Part shown: positions 31,901 through 41,971 of the stretch, piece after piece | Numbering within the stretch: position 1 is the first letter of the stretch | Layout of the letters: every line of letters begins with the position of its first letter | IMG/VR virus record: IMGVR_UViG_3300043821_000026 | Span: 32,001-96,000 of that record | Length of the DNA stretch: 64,000 nucleotides | From: a virus | Taxonomy: Duplodnaviria > Caudoviricetes | Reading direction: 5' to 3' (one strand) | Made by a program: the position numbers and the translations under genes | Notes under the pieces: model-generated | Seen by the model: the letters and a program-made list of their open reading frames with translations, nothing else | Database searches by the model: none | Told to the model about the DNA's origin: nothing

Positions 31901-34752
31901 ATATATTAAATTTAATAAAAAAGAATAAGAAAGAATCCTTTACTCTTAGATTCTTTATTCAAAATAATTATGAAAAATCATTATTACCTATTATTAATGG
32001 ATTAAATATTATACAAGAAGATAAGGACTTATTAAAAGCTATTATTCAAAATATTAATATAGATATTACAGACATTGGTACTAAATCAGAATATATAGAA
32101 AGTACATCATGGAGTAATACAGCAGGGTTATTAGATAAAACAAAACCTCCATTAACATTTATAACTTCATATAATAAAAATCAAACAGATATTATTAAAT
32201 TAAATAATTTTAATTTTAATAACATTTCATCAATAGAAACATCAACGTTAAAAATACATGGAATAAATTATTCAGAACATAATATTAGTTTATATTTAAA
32301 AACAAATCTTAATAATGAATATGAATTATTAACAACTGAAATTGAAAACGGTATTTTTAATTATGAATATAATTTATTAAATCTATTATCAGAAAAAGAA
32401 ATAAATAATAATTTAGAAATTTCTCTATATTTTGACAATATTGATGTTGATACTAAATTAGAAATTTTAGATATATATATAGATACAGATTATCAGAAAA
32501 ATATATTATCTTTACCTGTTATTACTAATAATGTTTATAATAAAGTAAATTATGATAATTATTATTTATTAACATCTAATAATGTATGGGGACTATTAGA
32601 TAATGTACCAAAACAAATAGATGGGTATAATATTAATAATAGAATATTGGGTGTTATCGATTTTAATAAATTAGATTATAATGAATATATAAAATTATAT
32701 AATATTAGTTTAGTTATTAAATATATCGATAAAAAAGGAACTTTTGTTACTAAATATATTGAGAATCAAGATAATGATAGTACCAAAATACAAGTACAAG
32801 GTAATATTATTAATAATAATGGTGAATATTTCGGAAATTTAACTCAAGACTATCAAATGATTACTAATGATGAATCTATTAATGAAGATGTTAATGGTGA
32901 ATATTTAAACTATATAGAGTTACATAAAGGATTATATCAATCATTTATTCCATCATATAATGAAATAAATAGTATTGAAATTAATACATTAGGTAGAATC
33001 GGATATCCAGATGATAAAATTAAGATATCAATATATAGTGATAACAACAATAAACCTGATAAAATTTTAACTTCAACTTATATTGATGGTTGGGGTAGTC
33101 AATCAAATTGCTTAATAAGATATGATTTATTAGCAACAGAATTAGATATTGATAAACAATATTGGATTGCTCTCGAATTAGATAATTACGATAAATATAA
33201 TTACTATACTTTAAAATTTAATAAAAATAAAATAGGAAGTTTATTAGAAAGTAATGATGGAACTTCATATAAAAATATTAGTAATATATCATTAAGTTTT
33301 AATTTATATCAACCTATATATAGATATTCATTTAATAACTTACCTACTACAGTAGATGGTGATTATAGTTTTAGAATTAAAAATACCATATTCAGACACA
33401 ATATAAATGATAATATATATTTATCTAATATTAAAGCATTATTAGGAAAGGATTATACAAAAGATTATCAAACATCAGTAACTCTTCAACCTCAATATGA
33501 GGCTAGAGCAGGTACTCATTTTGTTTTATCTGCTAATGTGATAAATAATGATAATACAGGATATGTAGAGTTCTTTGTAAAAGATATTAGTATTGGTAAA
33601 GTTAGATATGACCCAGAAGAAAATGCATATGTATGTATTTGTCCAACCAATTCAAGTGAATTAGGATTAAAAATTAGTTCTACATATGATTATGAAGTAA
33701 AAGCAGTATTTATTCCAGATAATGAAACTCCATATAAGAGTTCAAGCGCTACGTCAGTTTTAAAAATTATTCCATTTGAAAAACCAAAAATAACAACATT
33801 ATTTAATGATAACGTTCTTTATAATGATGATTTAAATATTAGAGTTTTATTAGAAAATTTAAATGGAGATAGCGTTAGCGATGGACAGGTTAATATTAAA
33901 ATTTTAGATACCTATGATAAATACAATACCAAATATCAAATAAATGAAAATATTATAGTTAAAAATGGTGTTGCAGAATTAACCGTAAATACTAAAAATA
34001 TAGATTTAGTTCCATATAATAGTATTACTAATCAAAATAATAACAGATATAAATTAATAACATATTATAAACCAAATGAATATAGTATATATTCTGAATC
34101 AGATGTTCAATCTCAATATATTAATATTAAACAACGAGAAACTGAATTATCTACAAATGCTGATAGTAGTTTTGTAGGATATAGTGGACAGCATTTAACA
34201 ATTACTTTAAGTGAAAAAGATACTCATAAAAAAATAACAGGTCAAGTTATCAGTATTAACTATCATGAAGAAGGTAATACTGCAATGAATTATGATATGC
34301 TTATTAAAGATGGGTCTTCATCCACTCTTACAAACTTAACTAAAGATATCGATAATCAATTAAATGGTTTATATGTAATCAGTTTATCACTCGCTCCTAA
34401 AAATTGGATTTTTACAATTGAATATCCGGGAAATGAATATTATACTGGCTCAAAATTAATAGTTCCAATTAATGTAAGTAAAATATTAGCTCAAATTAAT
34501 AGAGAAGAAAATTCAATGAAAATTGAACTTACAACATTAGTTAGTGATAAAAGTTTATTAAAAAATCAAACAGTTATTATGTATGAAGTAGATAATGATT
34601 ATGTGGTGGCATCAATACCTACAACTTTATATGGTAGTATTGGTATTGCTGATTTTAGTGCTTATAAATTAGATGGTAATACTCATGTAAAATATAAGTT
34701 AGCAGATGATAGTATCTTCTATACTGAAAATGAATTAGATGGATATAGGTGA
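25978..34752 (+). CDS. Giant (2924 aa) baseplate/tail-associated protein with DUF11-like Ig domains and tandem zinc ribbons
   Basis: DUF11-like YTIEVTNN / WNIGNL motifs; five CxxC-x10-CxxC units; C-terminal Ig-like repeats; GAGGT RBS. Confidence 0.6.
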   Translation: MFESYKTLPTVIEGTTGHSTKYATQMLTNPNNLTSTDINLAYWGVKRPKYMGNYLRDWPDAVSSRNGSFFTPEKIIAKGFNKPSNVNDDGIIKSIKVIYKIGKISYSSKTAHGTFKAPTIELKNGNTSLSSIKGHAPPEDGIQNNSGENVNAKELKNTYTEPFDITNKILHIKDIPNLTVSFANTNNTSTNHCRVVMQYLQLEIEYEDTPCFRTSIAYSGDREKQLDSEFNVWVQVEGQNSISKNTHCEIKLPTGLEFDRNNIKTQYGDANNDVYRIMEKDGYNVIDWEVNQLNDTTVGTDIVGNINKIATAKIFIPVKATKTGEYTISSEVMEFADANYKGKDSRNFLVYKTTRTENLSLKLSQHLVNIGENVELDVFYTTNKGINGTVGIRSDTFNVKWYTYINGIETPIELPYTNNTYYFEVKTEEATTYVYKGIVDTSHSANGSFSAFKNDNTGATNTNAPSVSLTVQAPLFDRENLSLTVEDGTSVEYNHIIFTKGDDLEKPLIYKEYELDNSPVNKIRIEGHNKHIPLNQVQYVTFDVSLPKVDNIQDVISYKNLLFEPEIINQTDGTVDNIIVGCNSDISLLDSKYIVLNSISSGETKEIKLAVHSDVIKTDNITLLLYGKRTRMVKVTNTQKVTDDTANNIEKTTYTEYEETFSTPAKVLFEDLASLKLNIYNEQNIYDFTYNIDKYGDLFYTPFDLIYTVQNVSNIEAKNVKIKINEPQFFKIDNDKSSSNYNHETNIWNIGNLSVNEIKQLVITYTPTRKGIYQFSSQTIDSDKTFDDDIYQNEYRCNVMVDYVAKTNIVQNISNTQPNVNELLDYTIEVTNNTKTRNILTINIDDIGNFNDNHLGNHYQIESIDCEYGKFTKGTNKLIGTWVLENLGINKTYYLNLTLRPISTGSHDIRITSSEIDYSNTLIINILKNKAKVNMNAYQGIDLRTNKNTPALCTDYTQFCDDDFLSLGDEFGYVINVTNNSKNDNDEFGDLYLDIILPKELSDCVIDDKYFNYRDTTYHNIITLKIPILDKCKTNTVCLGIKPKTKGSFSTLIVLYGDNIDVQTKRLTINVDDVFPEYQLEHYLSIYNFERSNKYYTYQSIYGATDLQKLFHKGDRSLRMIERNPYSVKTSETYTGFNLKDLCSDIENSRYIKPVFLREGTNQLKNDLYQIYPDGFIRRFGLLQSEIYHNTGVLPKTVDMIDSVMKWDVDNWDSKLWGGDIWDSGVFKISIDYSKIPSNFNRIKMPQLQNIVNETKPYGLKGIAYYSDTEEFRLKIKMKDIATTLINSCKFLLSNIDMGILSKYIYSDGRLIMNDNSVTFDMNKINLIFNDIKYKTYSQTSSKNNRNAFGLLPKMDVSAYYFQTKYYQNKISEYNDIFNFNNLSKFTLTKIVNNKKDSKYHYSIDKKSYNINNASNDIHSTVKSELIKDPLLSNEYQLLYAFNEDIVNNTEFGVYLEDDSGKNILRACRFRDLVSGQDGFRLMLNDDVLNLVNINNKVYSFQILVQRSQDDYLHFFYIINNENIAYHFGFYKDYNRMNNQGVYTLKTRNIPSTNNYNFDNIYVIYDDSDVTVSLSNNYKTITKSNDNCIQIKDDIIWDNFNNLYNSGEYISCKYSNDKDKECILGNSKKYTSPIVACFDNIDIDDSVQIKDIGIKLKAESNKSNFMNDIDASIILDGNSYIPKDVGNKIIYPNNVANIGKEYYPSIDIEEDNVTYCNNCGSKSNGIHSYCPVCESTDVKLLISTYTTCHHCGLSSKGYYTLCPNCKSSDVTYNNINKTSTYCNNCKDLIDGYYDICPHCKSSDTEIIGVTSNITQCDNCGRLSGGFYSLCPFCFSPNVEYKNRLSQQEYNYKLYSNDVKYPFNTIHFDTDINKVQVCDLKINMNKDSLNLDKLSSMILHIKGKNNLDYQFHVCGDCNNIGDGKQDYCSYCNSDNVQNYGTDFIKLIGYAVFDGVISNLNIDSPIINYGDFDISIDILNLIKKNKKESFTLRFFIQNNYEKSLLPIINGLNIIQEDKDLLKAIIQNINIDITDIGTKSEYIESTSWSNTAGLLDKTKPPLTFITSYNKNQTDIIKLNNFNFNNISSIETSTLKIHGINYSEHNISLYLKTNLNNEYELLTTEIENGIFNYEYNLLNLLSEKEINNNLEISLYFDNIDVDTKLEILDIYIDTDYQKNILSLPVITNNVYNKVNYDNYYLLTSNNVWGLLDNVPKQIDGYNINNRILGVIDFNKLDYNEYIKLYNISLVIKYIDKKGTFVTKYIENQDNDSTKIQVQGNIINNNGEYFGNLTQDYQMITNDESINEDVNGEYLNYIELHKGLYQSFIPSYNEINSIEINTLGRIGYPDDKIKISIYSDNNNKPDKILTSTYIDGWGSQSNCLIRYDLLATELDIDKQYWIALELDNYDKYNYYTLKFNKNKIGSLLESNDGTSYKNISNISLSFNLYQPIYRYSFNNLPTTVDGDYSFRIKNTIFRHNINDNIYLSNIKALLGKDYTKDYQTSVTLQPQYEARAGTHFVLSANVINNDNTGYVEFFVKDISIGKVRYDPEENAYVCICPTNSSELGLKISSTYDYEVKAVFIPDNETPYKSSSATSVLKIIPFEKPKITTLFNDNVLYNDDLNIRVLLENLNGDSVSDGQVNIKILDTYDKYNTKYQINENIIVKNGVAELTVNTKNIDLVPYNSITNQNNNRYKLITYYKPNEYSIYSESDVQSQYINIKQRETELSTNADSSFVGYSGQHLTITLSEKDTHKKITGQVISINYHEEGNTAMNYDMLIKDGSSSTLTNLTKDIDNQLNGLYVISLSLAPKNWIFTIEYPGNEYYTGSKLIVPINVSKILAQINREENSMKIELTTLVSDKSLLKNQTVIMYEVDNDYVVASIPTTLYGSIGIADFSAYKLDGNTHVKYKLADDSIFYTENELDGYR

Positions 34753-34756
34753 GTAA

Positions 34757-34909
34757 ATGAGTGATTTTGATTTAGGTAAAATAAAAATAACAGAAATAAT
34801 GAAAATTAAAAATAATGATACTGATGAAATTTTCTATTTAACTCAAATAAATGATGAATGGAAAAGCATAACAGAAAATGAATATAAAAAACTAATAGAG
34901 GTTGAATAA
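34757..34909 (+). CDS. Small hypothetical protein (50 aa), not in ORF track
   Basis: AGGTGA RBS; MSDFDLGKIK...KKLIEVE*; stop overlaps next ATG (TAATG). Confidence 0.6.
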   Translation: MSDFDLGKIKITEIMKIKNNDTDEIFYLTQINDEWKSITENEYKKLIEVE

Positions 34910-35313
34910 TGGTAAGTACATATATAACAGATACAGGTAAAACAGATATGCTTAAAATGGCATTTGGAGATGGTAGTACCACAACTCGTTTTGGATACTT
35001 AGCTTTAGGCGGAAGTGATAGCAATGGAGTAAGTAATCAAAGTGCAAAAAGTTTTGCAGAGTTAAGTGGTGATGGATATGAGAGAGTGGCATTAAGTACA
35101 GATACATCTGTTACCAAAGGAATTAAATTAACAGCCACCTTTAACGAAAGCAATTATGCTCCAGTCAATGGTGGTACTATAAAAGAAATTGCAATAATAA
35201 ATAATAAAGATAAGTCTAGTAATGATGTTATTTTTGGTATAGCAGAAGTACCTGAAATTATTAAAAAAGATAATATATCTATATCATATGATATTCTTAT
35301 AGAAATAGAATAG
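34909..35313 (+). CDS. Baseplate/tail-fibre attachment-like protein
   Basis: ITDTGK...YLALG...EL....R...ATF...IKEIAI pattern typical of phage tail-fibre N-terminal/baseplate small proteins. Confidence 0.5.
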   Translation: MVSTYITDTGKTDMLKMAFGDGSTTTRFGYLALGGSDSNGVSNQSAKSFAELSGDGYERVALSTDTSVTKGIKLTATFNESNYAPVNGGTIKEIAIINNKDKSSNDVIFGIAEVPEIIKKDNISISYDILIEIE

Positions 35314-35321
35314 GTGAGAAT

Positions 35322-38300
35322 ATGACTGGATATTATCAAAAAATTGATAATGACCTAAAACCGGGACATATCGCAAGGTCTGGAGATATTAACTTAATTC
35401 AGTCCTCAATAAATAACGCTATAAGTGATTTAGCTGTAGATATAGAAGGTCCAGCTGTCATTATCGGTGGAGATGAAAATTCTTTTAAACTAACACCATC
35501 TCCAGAAAAATATGACCAATTAAATACAACAACAGATGAAAATAATCAATGGATTTCATTTCATGAAAAATACCTAAGACAAAAAATAAGAATAGAAAAA
35601 AGTGAAATAAATTCTATCACAGTATCTGTGCAAAATAATTCAACATATCCTATTACAATTGTAGGTGAAATAAGAGATTGTGAAACATATAATTTACTAT
35701 CTGAAAAAAATACAAAATTAACACCAAAAACTAGTAAAGAAGTTACCTTTAATTTTGACTTACAACATATTAAAATAGGTGATTATTATTTTATTATCCG
35801 ACCTATTAGTTTATCTAGTATCGATGTAGCTTTAAATGGAGATGAAACTGCTATTATTGGTACTGAAGAAATTAGTGATGATAGTTTTCAAATTAAATTT
35901 GATTGTAATGGAACATATACCACATCACAAAAATGGACAGAATCTGGGTTAAAATATAGTTATAATGGAAATGAATATAACTCTTTATATGATACAGAAA
36001 TATCTGATATTATTTATGCTGACCTTTGGTTTAAGGAAAAATTTGCATCAACAGATAATACATATAGTATAGAACCCGGAACTGCTTTAATTTCAGGTCA
36101 AAAAGTTTATCTATTAGACACTCACGTTAATATAGATGGACCAAGTCAAAAAGGAGATAGGGCTGATTTAGTAGCATTAATGTCTAATGGACATGTTGAG
36201 GTAATTAAGGGTCACGCATCAAAGGGTATATTAGAAGTTCCAGTTTTAAATAATGCTTTGCAGTTAGCGTATATTATCACATACGAAGATAGTGTTGATT
36301 GGAAATGTTCAAATTGTGGAAATATTAATGCATTTACATCAGAAACTTGTCAAAAATGTGGTAAAGGAAAAAATAAAAAATTACCAGCAATAATACAAGA
36401 TGATACAAATGGTCTTACGCGTAAAAGAGATTTGCGAGAAGAGGTAAGACGTTTAAAAAAATATACTGAATATAATGAAGACAGAAATGCACCATCTAGG
36501 ATACATTATAATTGTGTATTAGACGCTATACCTGAAGCAAATCCTGATGAATTAAAAAATATGGTATTAGGTATTAATGATAGTGGAGATATTTCATATA
36601 TAGCTAATGACAGTACTGTCGAAGAATTTTATTGGACTATAAAAGATTTTAAAAATAATATAACTGATGACTTAGTTATTGGTAATTTTAGTGTAAAATA
36701 TTCTAAAGGAAATACTGTTGACGGATATATTGCAGGTGTTAATAGTTATCATAGATGTTGGACAAATAAATGTCCTAATTGTGGTACAAAAGGTTCATTA
36801 AATATTCAAACATTGGGTAGTGATGATAATCAAATTGTTTGTGATAAATCTTTAGGTGGTTGTGGAAATACATTTTGTGGTTTTTCAGGATATCAAATAT
36901 TACCTTCTGAAGATACTACTAAAAAATTAACAGCTGATAAAGAACCTGATAATCCAAACGCTTCTTTAGTAAACTTTAATGAACATAGTATAGGTGAAGC
37001 TAAGAGCTTATCAGGTGTAGCTGGAGCTATGGCACTTGTTCATACTGATGGTACATTAGTTAGTGATGATGATTTAGCAAAAGGTAAGAAGGCAATGGAA
37101 GAGCCACCAGAAGACGCTAAAAGTACATCTAAGAAAAAACCTAAAACATTTAGTAAAGAGGATAATGTATTTCATGGATTATTACAAATAGATAGTAATT
37201 CAACTGATGGTATTGATATTGATACTACAAGAGGAACAGTATCTTTAAAACTAAATAAATATGATGATGAAATTGTTAAAAATGAACCATTAAGTAATAG
37301 TTTAAAAATAAGTGGAGAATCTAATAAAGTTGCATATACTATTAATAACAATCCAGAAACATATGGGCAACAATTAAGTGAATATCCTGCTTTGAATTTT
37401 GCATTAGATAAACCAATGTATGTTAAAACATTAACTCCGTATATTACTGAATTCCAAAATATGAAAAATTTTTCTGTATTATTATTTAAAGATGATGCGG
37501 TATTTAATCCCCCAACAGATAAATTTGTATGTTATACAAAAAAATTCAAAGACGATAGTACATTCCCAAATGTGTTTGAAGGAGAGTTAATTGATATTCC
37601 TAGTAATTCAACACGTAGTGGCGAATCACAAGTTTTAAATAGTGAACATAGCTTTGAAATTAATCAAGAACTACCAGCAGGTAAATATACTTTATTAGTA
37701 TATGGAACACCTATGGATAATGCAACATCAGGTACTATATATGTTAATTGTTATAGTACTACAAGTAGTTTAAAATTTGGTAATGCTATGACATGTAGAG
37801 GACCTTCTCATCCTGATGTTTTATATATAGAACCAACTAATGTAAAAGATTATACTTGGGATTTAGTATTAGAACATAAAGGTGCAAAATATGCCGAAAC
37901 TGGTACATTATACTCACAATCTATTCCAACACAGCTTCCAATAAAAGCTGTTTCAAAATCTATTAATTATGATGCTGGTAGTGGATGTAGCGTAGATATA
38001 TATGTTTCCAATAATGGTGGAAGAACTTATACGCAAATTGAAAACGAACCAATTAAATTTAATGGTACTGGAAAACTATTTAAATGGAAAATTGTATTAA
38101 AAGGTACTGGTGAAACTACACCTGTCGTTAAATATTCTGATGATAAAGGTTTCGGTTTATTATTCAATGTTGGAGAAGCTGTTAGTGATGTTCAATCAAC
38201 AGATTACAAACGAAGAATAGAAACTAGAATAATAGATGCTGGATGGATTAATGCAAATTTATTAGGAGATTCGTATACTTATAAAAACTTTAGTGAATGG

Positions 38301-40289
38301 GAATTTGTTCGTGTATGGGCAGAAGAAAATGATGGAAATTTAGATATTGATATTTTTGTATCATATAGCGAAACACCATTAATTCCAATTACAGCTAAAC
38401 CTAGTACAACTTGGGATAAAGTATTTTATTCAACAGTATTTGCTGATTTAAAATTAAGTGATTTCTCAACTAATTCTGTAGATTATTCAGTTAATAATGA
38501 AGAAGTAGAATTTGACGAGCATAATTATCGTATGGCTTTAGATACAGACGTAAATTACAATGAAGCACAAGGTGTTGTTATATCATATGGTATAGATGGT
38601 ATGGGAGATATTAATTCTCATAAAACAGAAGATGAACGAAATATTGATGGCGTATTTACATATTCCGAATCACCAAAAGTTGATGATAATAATAACACAA
38701 TAAGTACATTAAATAGATATGAAATAGCAACATTTAATCCAACATCTGGTTCTATATTATCTACAATTATATCAGGCGATTTTAGTCCTAAATATTCAAA
38801 ATCTAGTACTTTATCAGGATATACCGATGGGATTAAAACATATAGTAAATCTTGGTTAAATTATTGTCCTCATTGTGGAAAATCTAATACTTTAGTTACC
38901 GAAGATGATAGCGACGGAACTAATCATATAAAATGTACCAATACTGCTTGTAATTATTCATATTGTGGTTTTTCAGGATACGCTTATGCTCCTACTGAAA
39001 CAACTGAAATACAGTTAATACCAAAAAACAGATATGCAACATATTATAACTCTAGTTATAGTGAATACAATCCTAGTACTATTATTATTGGTAAAGCCTT
39101 CCCATCAGGTATAGATATGACAAATTATAATAAATTAGTTTTAGATATCGTACCTCATTTAGAAACAACAGAAACTGATACTGCAAAAAGAACTAAAATA
39201 CCTAGTGGTGTCTTAGAAGTAGTAGTATCTTTAAATGTTAATGGTTCTATTGAAGATGAAAAATATGTCGAAGAGGTAGATGAAAATAATAACCCAACTG
39301 GTGTTGTTAAATTAGTTAAAACTTCAAATGTTACTTATGGAAAAGCTTATACTATTAACCAAGAACTTTTAACTGATGTTCACAATGAAGTTGTTATATC
39401 TAGTATAAGAGATGATGTTTATGCTTATGGTAATGTAAAAAGTATAGGTATTAGAGTTAAAGATGTTGATTCTGATAATACTTTAAGATGTATTGCAAAT
39501 GGAGATAATAATTATTGTGATTCTATTGGAGTTGCAAATATTAGATTAGAATCAGATAATATTTATAGTCTTATTCCTTCATTAAATAAAGAAAGACGTA
39601 AATGGGTTATTAATAAAGATTTCGATACTACTCAAGTGTCTTATCAACTTGCAGATAATACTGCTACTGATGAAGATTATTGGGGACTTATGGACTTTAA
39701 TATTATGGGAAATAACATTATAGGTGATATTGCAACATATACTAGAGATATTGATGTTAGTACAACTAATTGGTATTATATTAGTTTCTTCTGTAATAAA
39801 ACTTTTAATAAAGGTGAATTTATAATTAATCTTTATGGTGATACTGATGGTAATGACTTAATAGAAAGTTTTTATCTTCCTGCATGGGATTATACAACAT
39901 TATCCGACAATGCTTGGAAAATGTTGTGGGATATTGACAGAAGAGAACGTTTACCTACAGATAAAGATGTTGTAGACCCAACAAAAGAATCTACTACAGG
40001 AACTCCGGGTCATTCATTCTTTATGGGTGCATGGTTTAAACGTAGAAATTACGATAACTACAACATTAAAATGATAAAACTTATCAGACAAGATGTGGAT
40101 GATGATAAAAACACAAAAGAAGATGGTTTTGTAGGAAAAGAATTAATGATACAAACCATAAGAGGTTATAGAAGTAAAACTATCCCATCTTTTGGACCTA
40201 AATTAAAATTAAGAATGTATCCAAAAAGTATTGAAAATCTTAAAGCACCAACAATACGTAAGTTTGGTGTTGTATATACATTATCATAG
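35322..40289 (+). CDS. Large virion structural protein with zinc-binding inserts
   Basis: 1655 aa; CxxC-x10-CxxC unit and two W..xCPxCG...C...C...CGFSG repeats; structural context. Confidence 0.5.
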   Translation: MTGYYQKIDNDLKPGHIARSGDINLIQSSINNAISDLAVDIEGPAVIIGGDENSFKLTPSPEKYDQLNTTTDENNQWISFHEKYLRQKIRIEKSEINSITVSVQNNSTYPITIVGEIRDCETYNLLSEKNTKLTPKTSKEVTFNFDLQHIKIGDYYFIIRPISLSSIDVALNGDETAIIGTEEISDDSFQIKFDCNGTYTTSQKWTESGLKYSYNGNEYNSLYDTEISDIIYADLWFKEKFASTDNTYSIEPGTALISGQKVYLLDTHVNIDGPSQKGDRADLVALMSNGHVEVIKGHASKGILEVPVLNNALQLAYIITYEDSVDWKCSNCGNINAFTSETCQKCGKGKNKKLPAIIQDDTNGLTRKRDLREEVRRLKKYTEYNEDRNAPSRIHYNCVLDAIPEANPDELKNMVLGINDSGDISYIANDSTVEEFYWTIKDFKNNITDDLVIGNFSVKYSKGNTVDGYIAGVNSYHRCWTNKCPNCGTKGSLNIQTLGSDDNQIVCDKSLGGCGNTFCGFSGYQILPSEDTTKKLTADKEPDNPNASLVNFNEHSIGEAKSLSGVAGAMALVHTDGTLVSDDDLAKGKKAMEEPPEDAKSTSKKKPKTFSKEDNVFHGLLQIDSNSTDGIDIDTTRGTVSLKLNKYDDEIVKNEPLSNSLKISGESNKVAYTINNNPETYGQQLSEYPALNFALDKPMYVKTLTPYITEFQNMKNFSVLLFKDDAVFNPPTDKFVCYTKKFKDDSTFPNVFEGELIDIPSNSTRSGESQVLNSEHSFEINQELPAGKYTLLVYGTPMDNATSGTIYVNCYSTTSSLKFGNAMTCRGPSHPDVLYIEPTNVKDYTWDLVLEHKGAKYAETGTLYSQSIPTQLPIKAVSKSINYDAGSGCSVDIYVSNNGGRTYTQIENEPIKFNGTGKLFKWKIVLKGTGETTPVVKYSDDKGFGLLFNVGEAVSDVQSTDYKRRIETRIIDAGWINANLLGDSYTYKNFSEWEFVRVWAEENDGNLDIDIFVSYSETPLIPITAKPSTTWDKVFYSTVFADLKLSDFSTNSVDYSVNNEEVEFDEHNYRMALDTDVNYNEAQGVVISYGIDGMGDINSHKTEDERNIDGVFTYSESPKVDDNNNTISTLNRYEIATFNPTSGSILSTIISGDFSPKYSKSSTLSGYTDGIKTYSKSWLNYCPHCGKSNTLVTEDDSDGTNHIKCTNTACNYSYCGFSGYAYAPTETTEIQLIPKNRYATYYNSSYSEYNPSTIIIGKAFPSGIDMTNYNKLVLDIVPHLETTETDTAKRTKIPSGVLEVVVSLNVNGSIEDEKYVEEVDENNNPTGVVKLVKTSNVTYGKAYTINQELLTDVHNEVVISSIRDDVYAYGNVKSIGIRVKDVDSDNTLRCIANGDNNYCDSIGVANIRLESDNIYSLIPSLNKERRKWVINKDFDTTQVSYQLADNTATDEDYWGLMDFNIMGNNIIGDIATYTRDIDVSTTNWYYISFFCNKTFNKGEFIINLYGDTDGNDLIESFYLPAWDYTTLSDNAWKMLWDIDRRERLPTDKDVVDPTKESTTGTPGHSFFMGAWFKRRNYDNYNIKMIKLIRQDVDDDKNTKEDGFVGKELMIQTIRGYRSKTIPSFGPKLKLRMYPKSIENLKAPTIRKFGVVYTLS

Positions 40290-40297
40290 GTGATAAA

Positions 40298-40651
40298 ATG
40301 AGTAACGAATTTACTATTCAAAGTGAAGCTCAAGTAACAAATATAAAGAATAGACAAGCTACCAAAGACATCGTTACGGATATTGTTAGTAATATACAAA
40401 ATGATTTAGTAAACACAGATGAAATAAATAATAAATTAGATACAATTATTAATGCAACAGCACAAGTTGGTGCTGTTGCTACAGATTTATCTAATACCCA
40501 ATCTGTAACAAATCAAACAAATATTAGTAATCCGCAAATTGATACCTTAGGTGAGCAAAATAAAGATATTTTAATAAAATTAGCAAATCAAAATACAAGA
40601 ATAAATGAATTAGAAAATAAATTAGATTTAATATTAGAAAAATTATCATAG
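40298..40651 (+). CDS. Coiled-coil hypothetical protein
   Basis: Heptad-like C-terminus RINELENKLDLILEKL; AGGTGA RBS. Confidence 0.55.
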   Translation: MSNEFTIQSEAQVTNIKNRQATKDIVTDIVSNIQNDLVNTDEINNKLDTIINATAQVGAVATDLSNTQSVTNQTNISNPQIDTLGEQNKDILIKLANQNTRINELENKLDLILEKLS

Positions 40652-40658
40652 TGATTAG

Positions 40659-41375
40659 ATGGGGGATTTAGAGCAAGAAATAAAATTAATACATAATGAT
40701 ATTAAATCACTTAAAGATGAAACCAATAAGGGGCTAACAAACGGTGATAGGTATCAAATGATAAAATTAATTGAATCAGAAATTAATCCATTAGACGAAA
40801 AGATTCAATTATTAGAAACAGAAATTGTACGCCAAGAAGGAGTTGATAATAAGATTTATGAAAATTATCAATCAATGTTAAAAGCAATGACTGAATTACG
40901 TAATTTTAAAAGTGAATTACGAGAAAAAATAGATACTGAAAATGACCATAGTAGGCAATATACTAATGAACAATTAAAATCATTTATTAGTGAAACTTTT
41001 GAACCATTTAAAGGAGATGTTTCAAGTTTGGAAAGTAAAGTTGATGAATTATATAACGAAATAGCAAAAAATCATGATGAAATTGAAAAATTAGATAAAA
41101 AAATTGATAGACATGAAGCTCAACGCCAAATTGATGAAACGAATCGTACTAAAGTAATGGAACAAAACGAAGCTCGTAGGCAGATTTGTGAAAGTCAAAT
41201 CATGCAGAAAATTGATGAAAATGAGAATAATAGAAAAGTGGCAGAAGCAGAAAGGTTTAATAAAACTTGGAAAATTTTAATCGCTATATCTGGATTAATA
41301 TTAACACTTATTACATTAAACACTTATCTTGACCCACCAATTCATCATCTATTCCATATATTATTTGGAATTTAG
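40659..41375 (+). CDS. Coiled-coil protein with C-terminal transmembrane helix (holin/XhlA-like, lysis-associated?)
   Basis: Long coiled coil then WKILIAISGLILTLITL; last gene of + block. Confidence 0.45.
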   Translation: MGDLEQEIKLIHNDIKSLKDETNKGLTNGDRYQMIKLIESEINPLDEKIQLLETEIVRQEGVDNKIYENYQSMLKAMTELRNFKSELREKIDTENDHSRQYTNEQLKSFISETFEPFKGDVSSLESKVDELYNEIAKNHDEIEKLDKKIDRHEAQRQIDETNRTKVMEQNEARRQICESQIMQKIDENENNRKVAEAERFNKTWKILIAISGLILTLITLNTYLDPPIHHLFHILFGI

Positions 41376-41746
41376 ATGATATAAAATTTATTTTTTTTAC
41401 ATTGACTTATAAAGAATTTATATTCATCATAAGTCCAATTATATTTAATTAAAAAAGATGGTAATGTTTTCCAAATTGGTTCTAACATATTAGGTAAATC
41501 ATACATTTGAATCCTAGTATTAATAACCTTATTTTTGTCTAAACCATCAATTGGAATATTTTTCTTTTTTAATAATTCAATAATAAGTTCGTCATTATTT
41601 TTATATTGTTTATTAATAGCTGACAGATATTGTTGTTTTTTTGTACAATCTTTACAATAATAACTATACCCATCTTTATTGTTTTTATTTTTAGTAAAAT
41701 TTGATATATCTTTTACTTGATTACATCTATTACATTGTTTTTGCAT
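41372..41746 (-). CDS. Zinc-finger protein (CxxC...CxxC as found N-terminal to phage HNH nucleases)
   Basis: KQCNRCNQVKDISNF...KDGYSYYCKDC. Confidence 0.55.
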   Translation of the reverse strand: MQKQCNRCNQVKDISNFTKNKNNKDGYSYYCKDCTKKQQYLSAINKQYKNNDELIIELLKKKNIPIDGLDKNKVINTRIQMYDLPNMLEPIWKTLPSFLIKYNWTYDEYKFFISQCKKNKFYII

Positions 41747-41971
41747 TTAATCATTTTTATCAGCTATCTTACGATATGTCATACTACCAATTACACTATA
41801 TGATAATAAAGTTATTACAATACTTGATAGCCAAAAATTAAATCCTGATAGGTTTAATAATATTGCTATTTGAGCAACAAATAACCAAATTCCATACAAT
41901 GTAATAAAAGATATTATGATAAATATAAGATATATTGCTGTTATCGTTGGGGCATTCATTTTATCTTTCAA
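41747..41971 (-). CDS. Small two-TM membrane protein
   Basis: Two long hydrophobic stretches; packed in operon. Confidence 0.5.
   Translation of the reverse strand: MKDKMNAPTITAIYLIFIIISFITLYGIWLFVAQIAILLNLSGFNFWLSSIVITLLSYSVIGSMTYRKIADKND

Noticed and set aside
34757-34909. Programmed frameshift in a small structural ORF
   Set aside because: On recount the ORF is an uninterrupted 50-aa gene.
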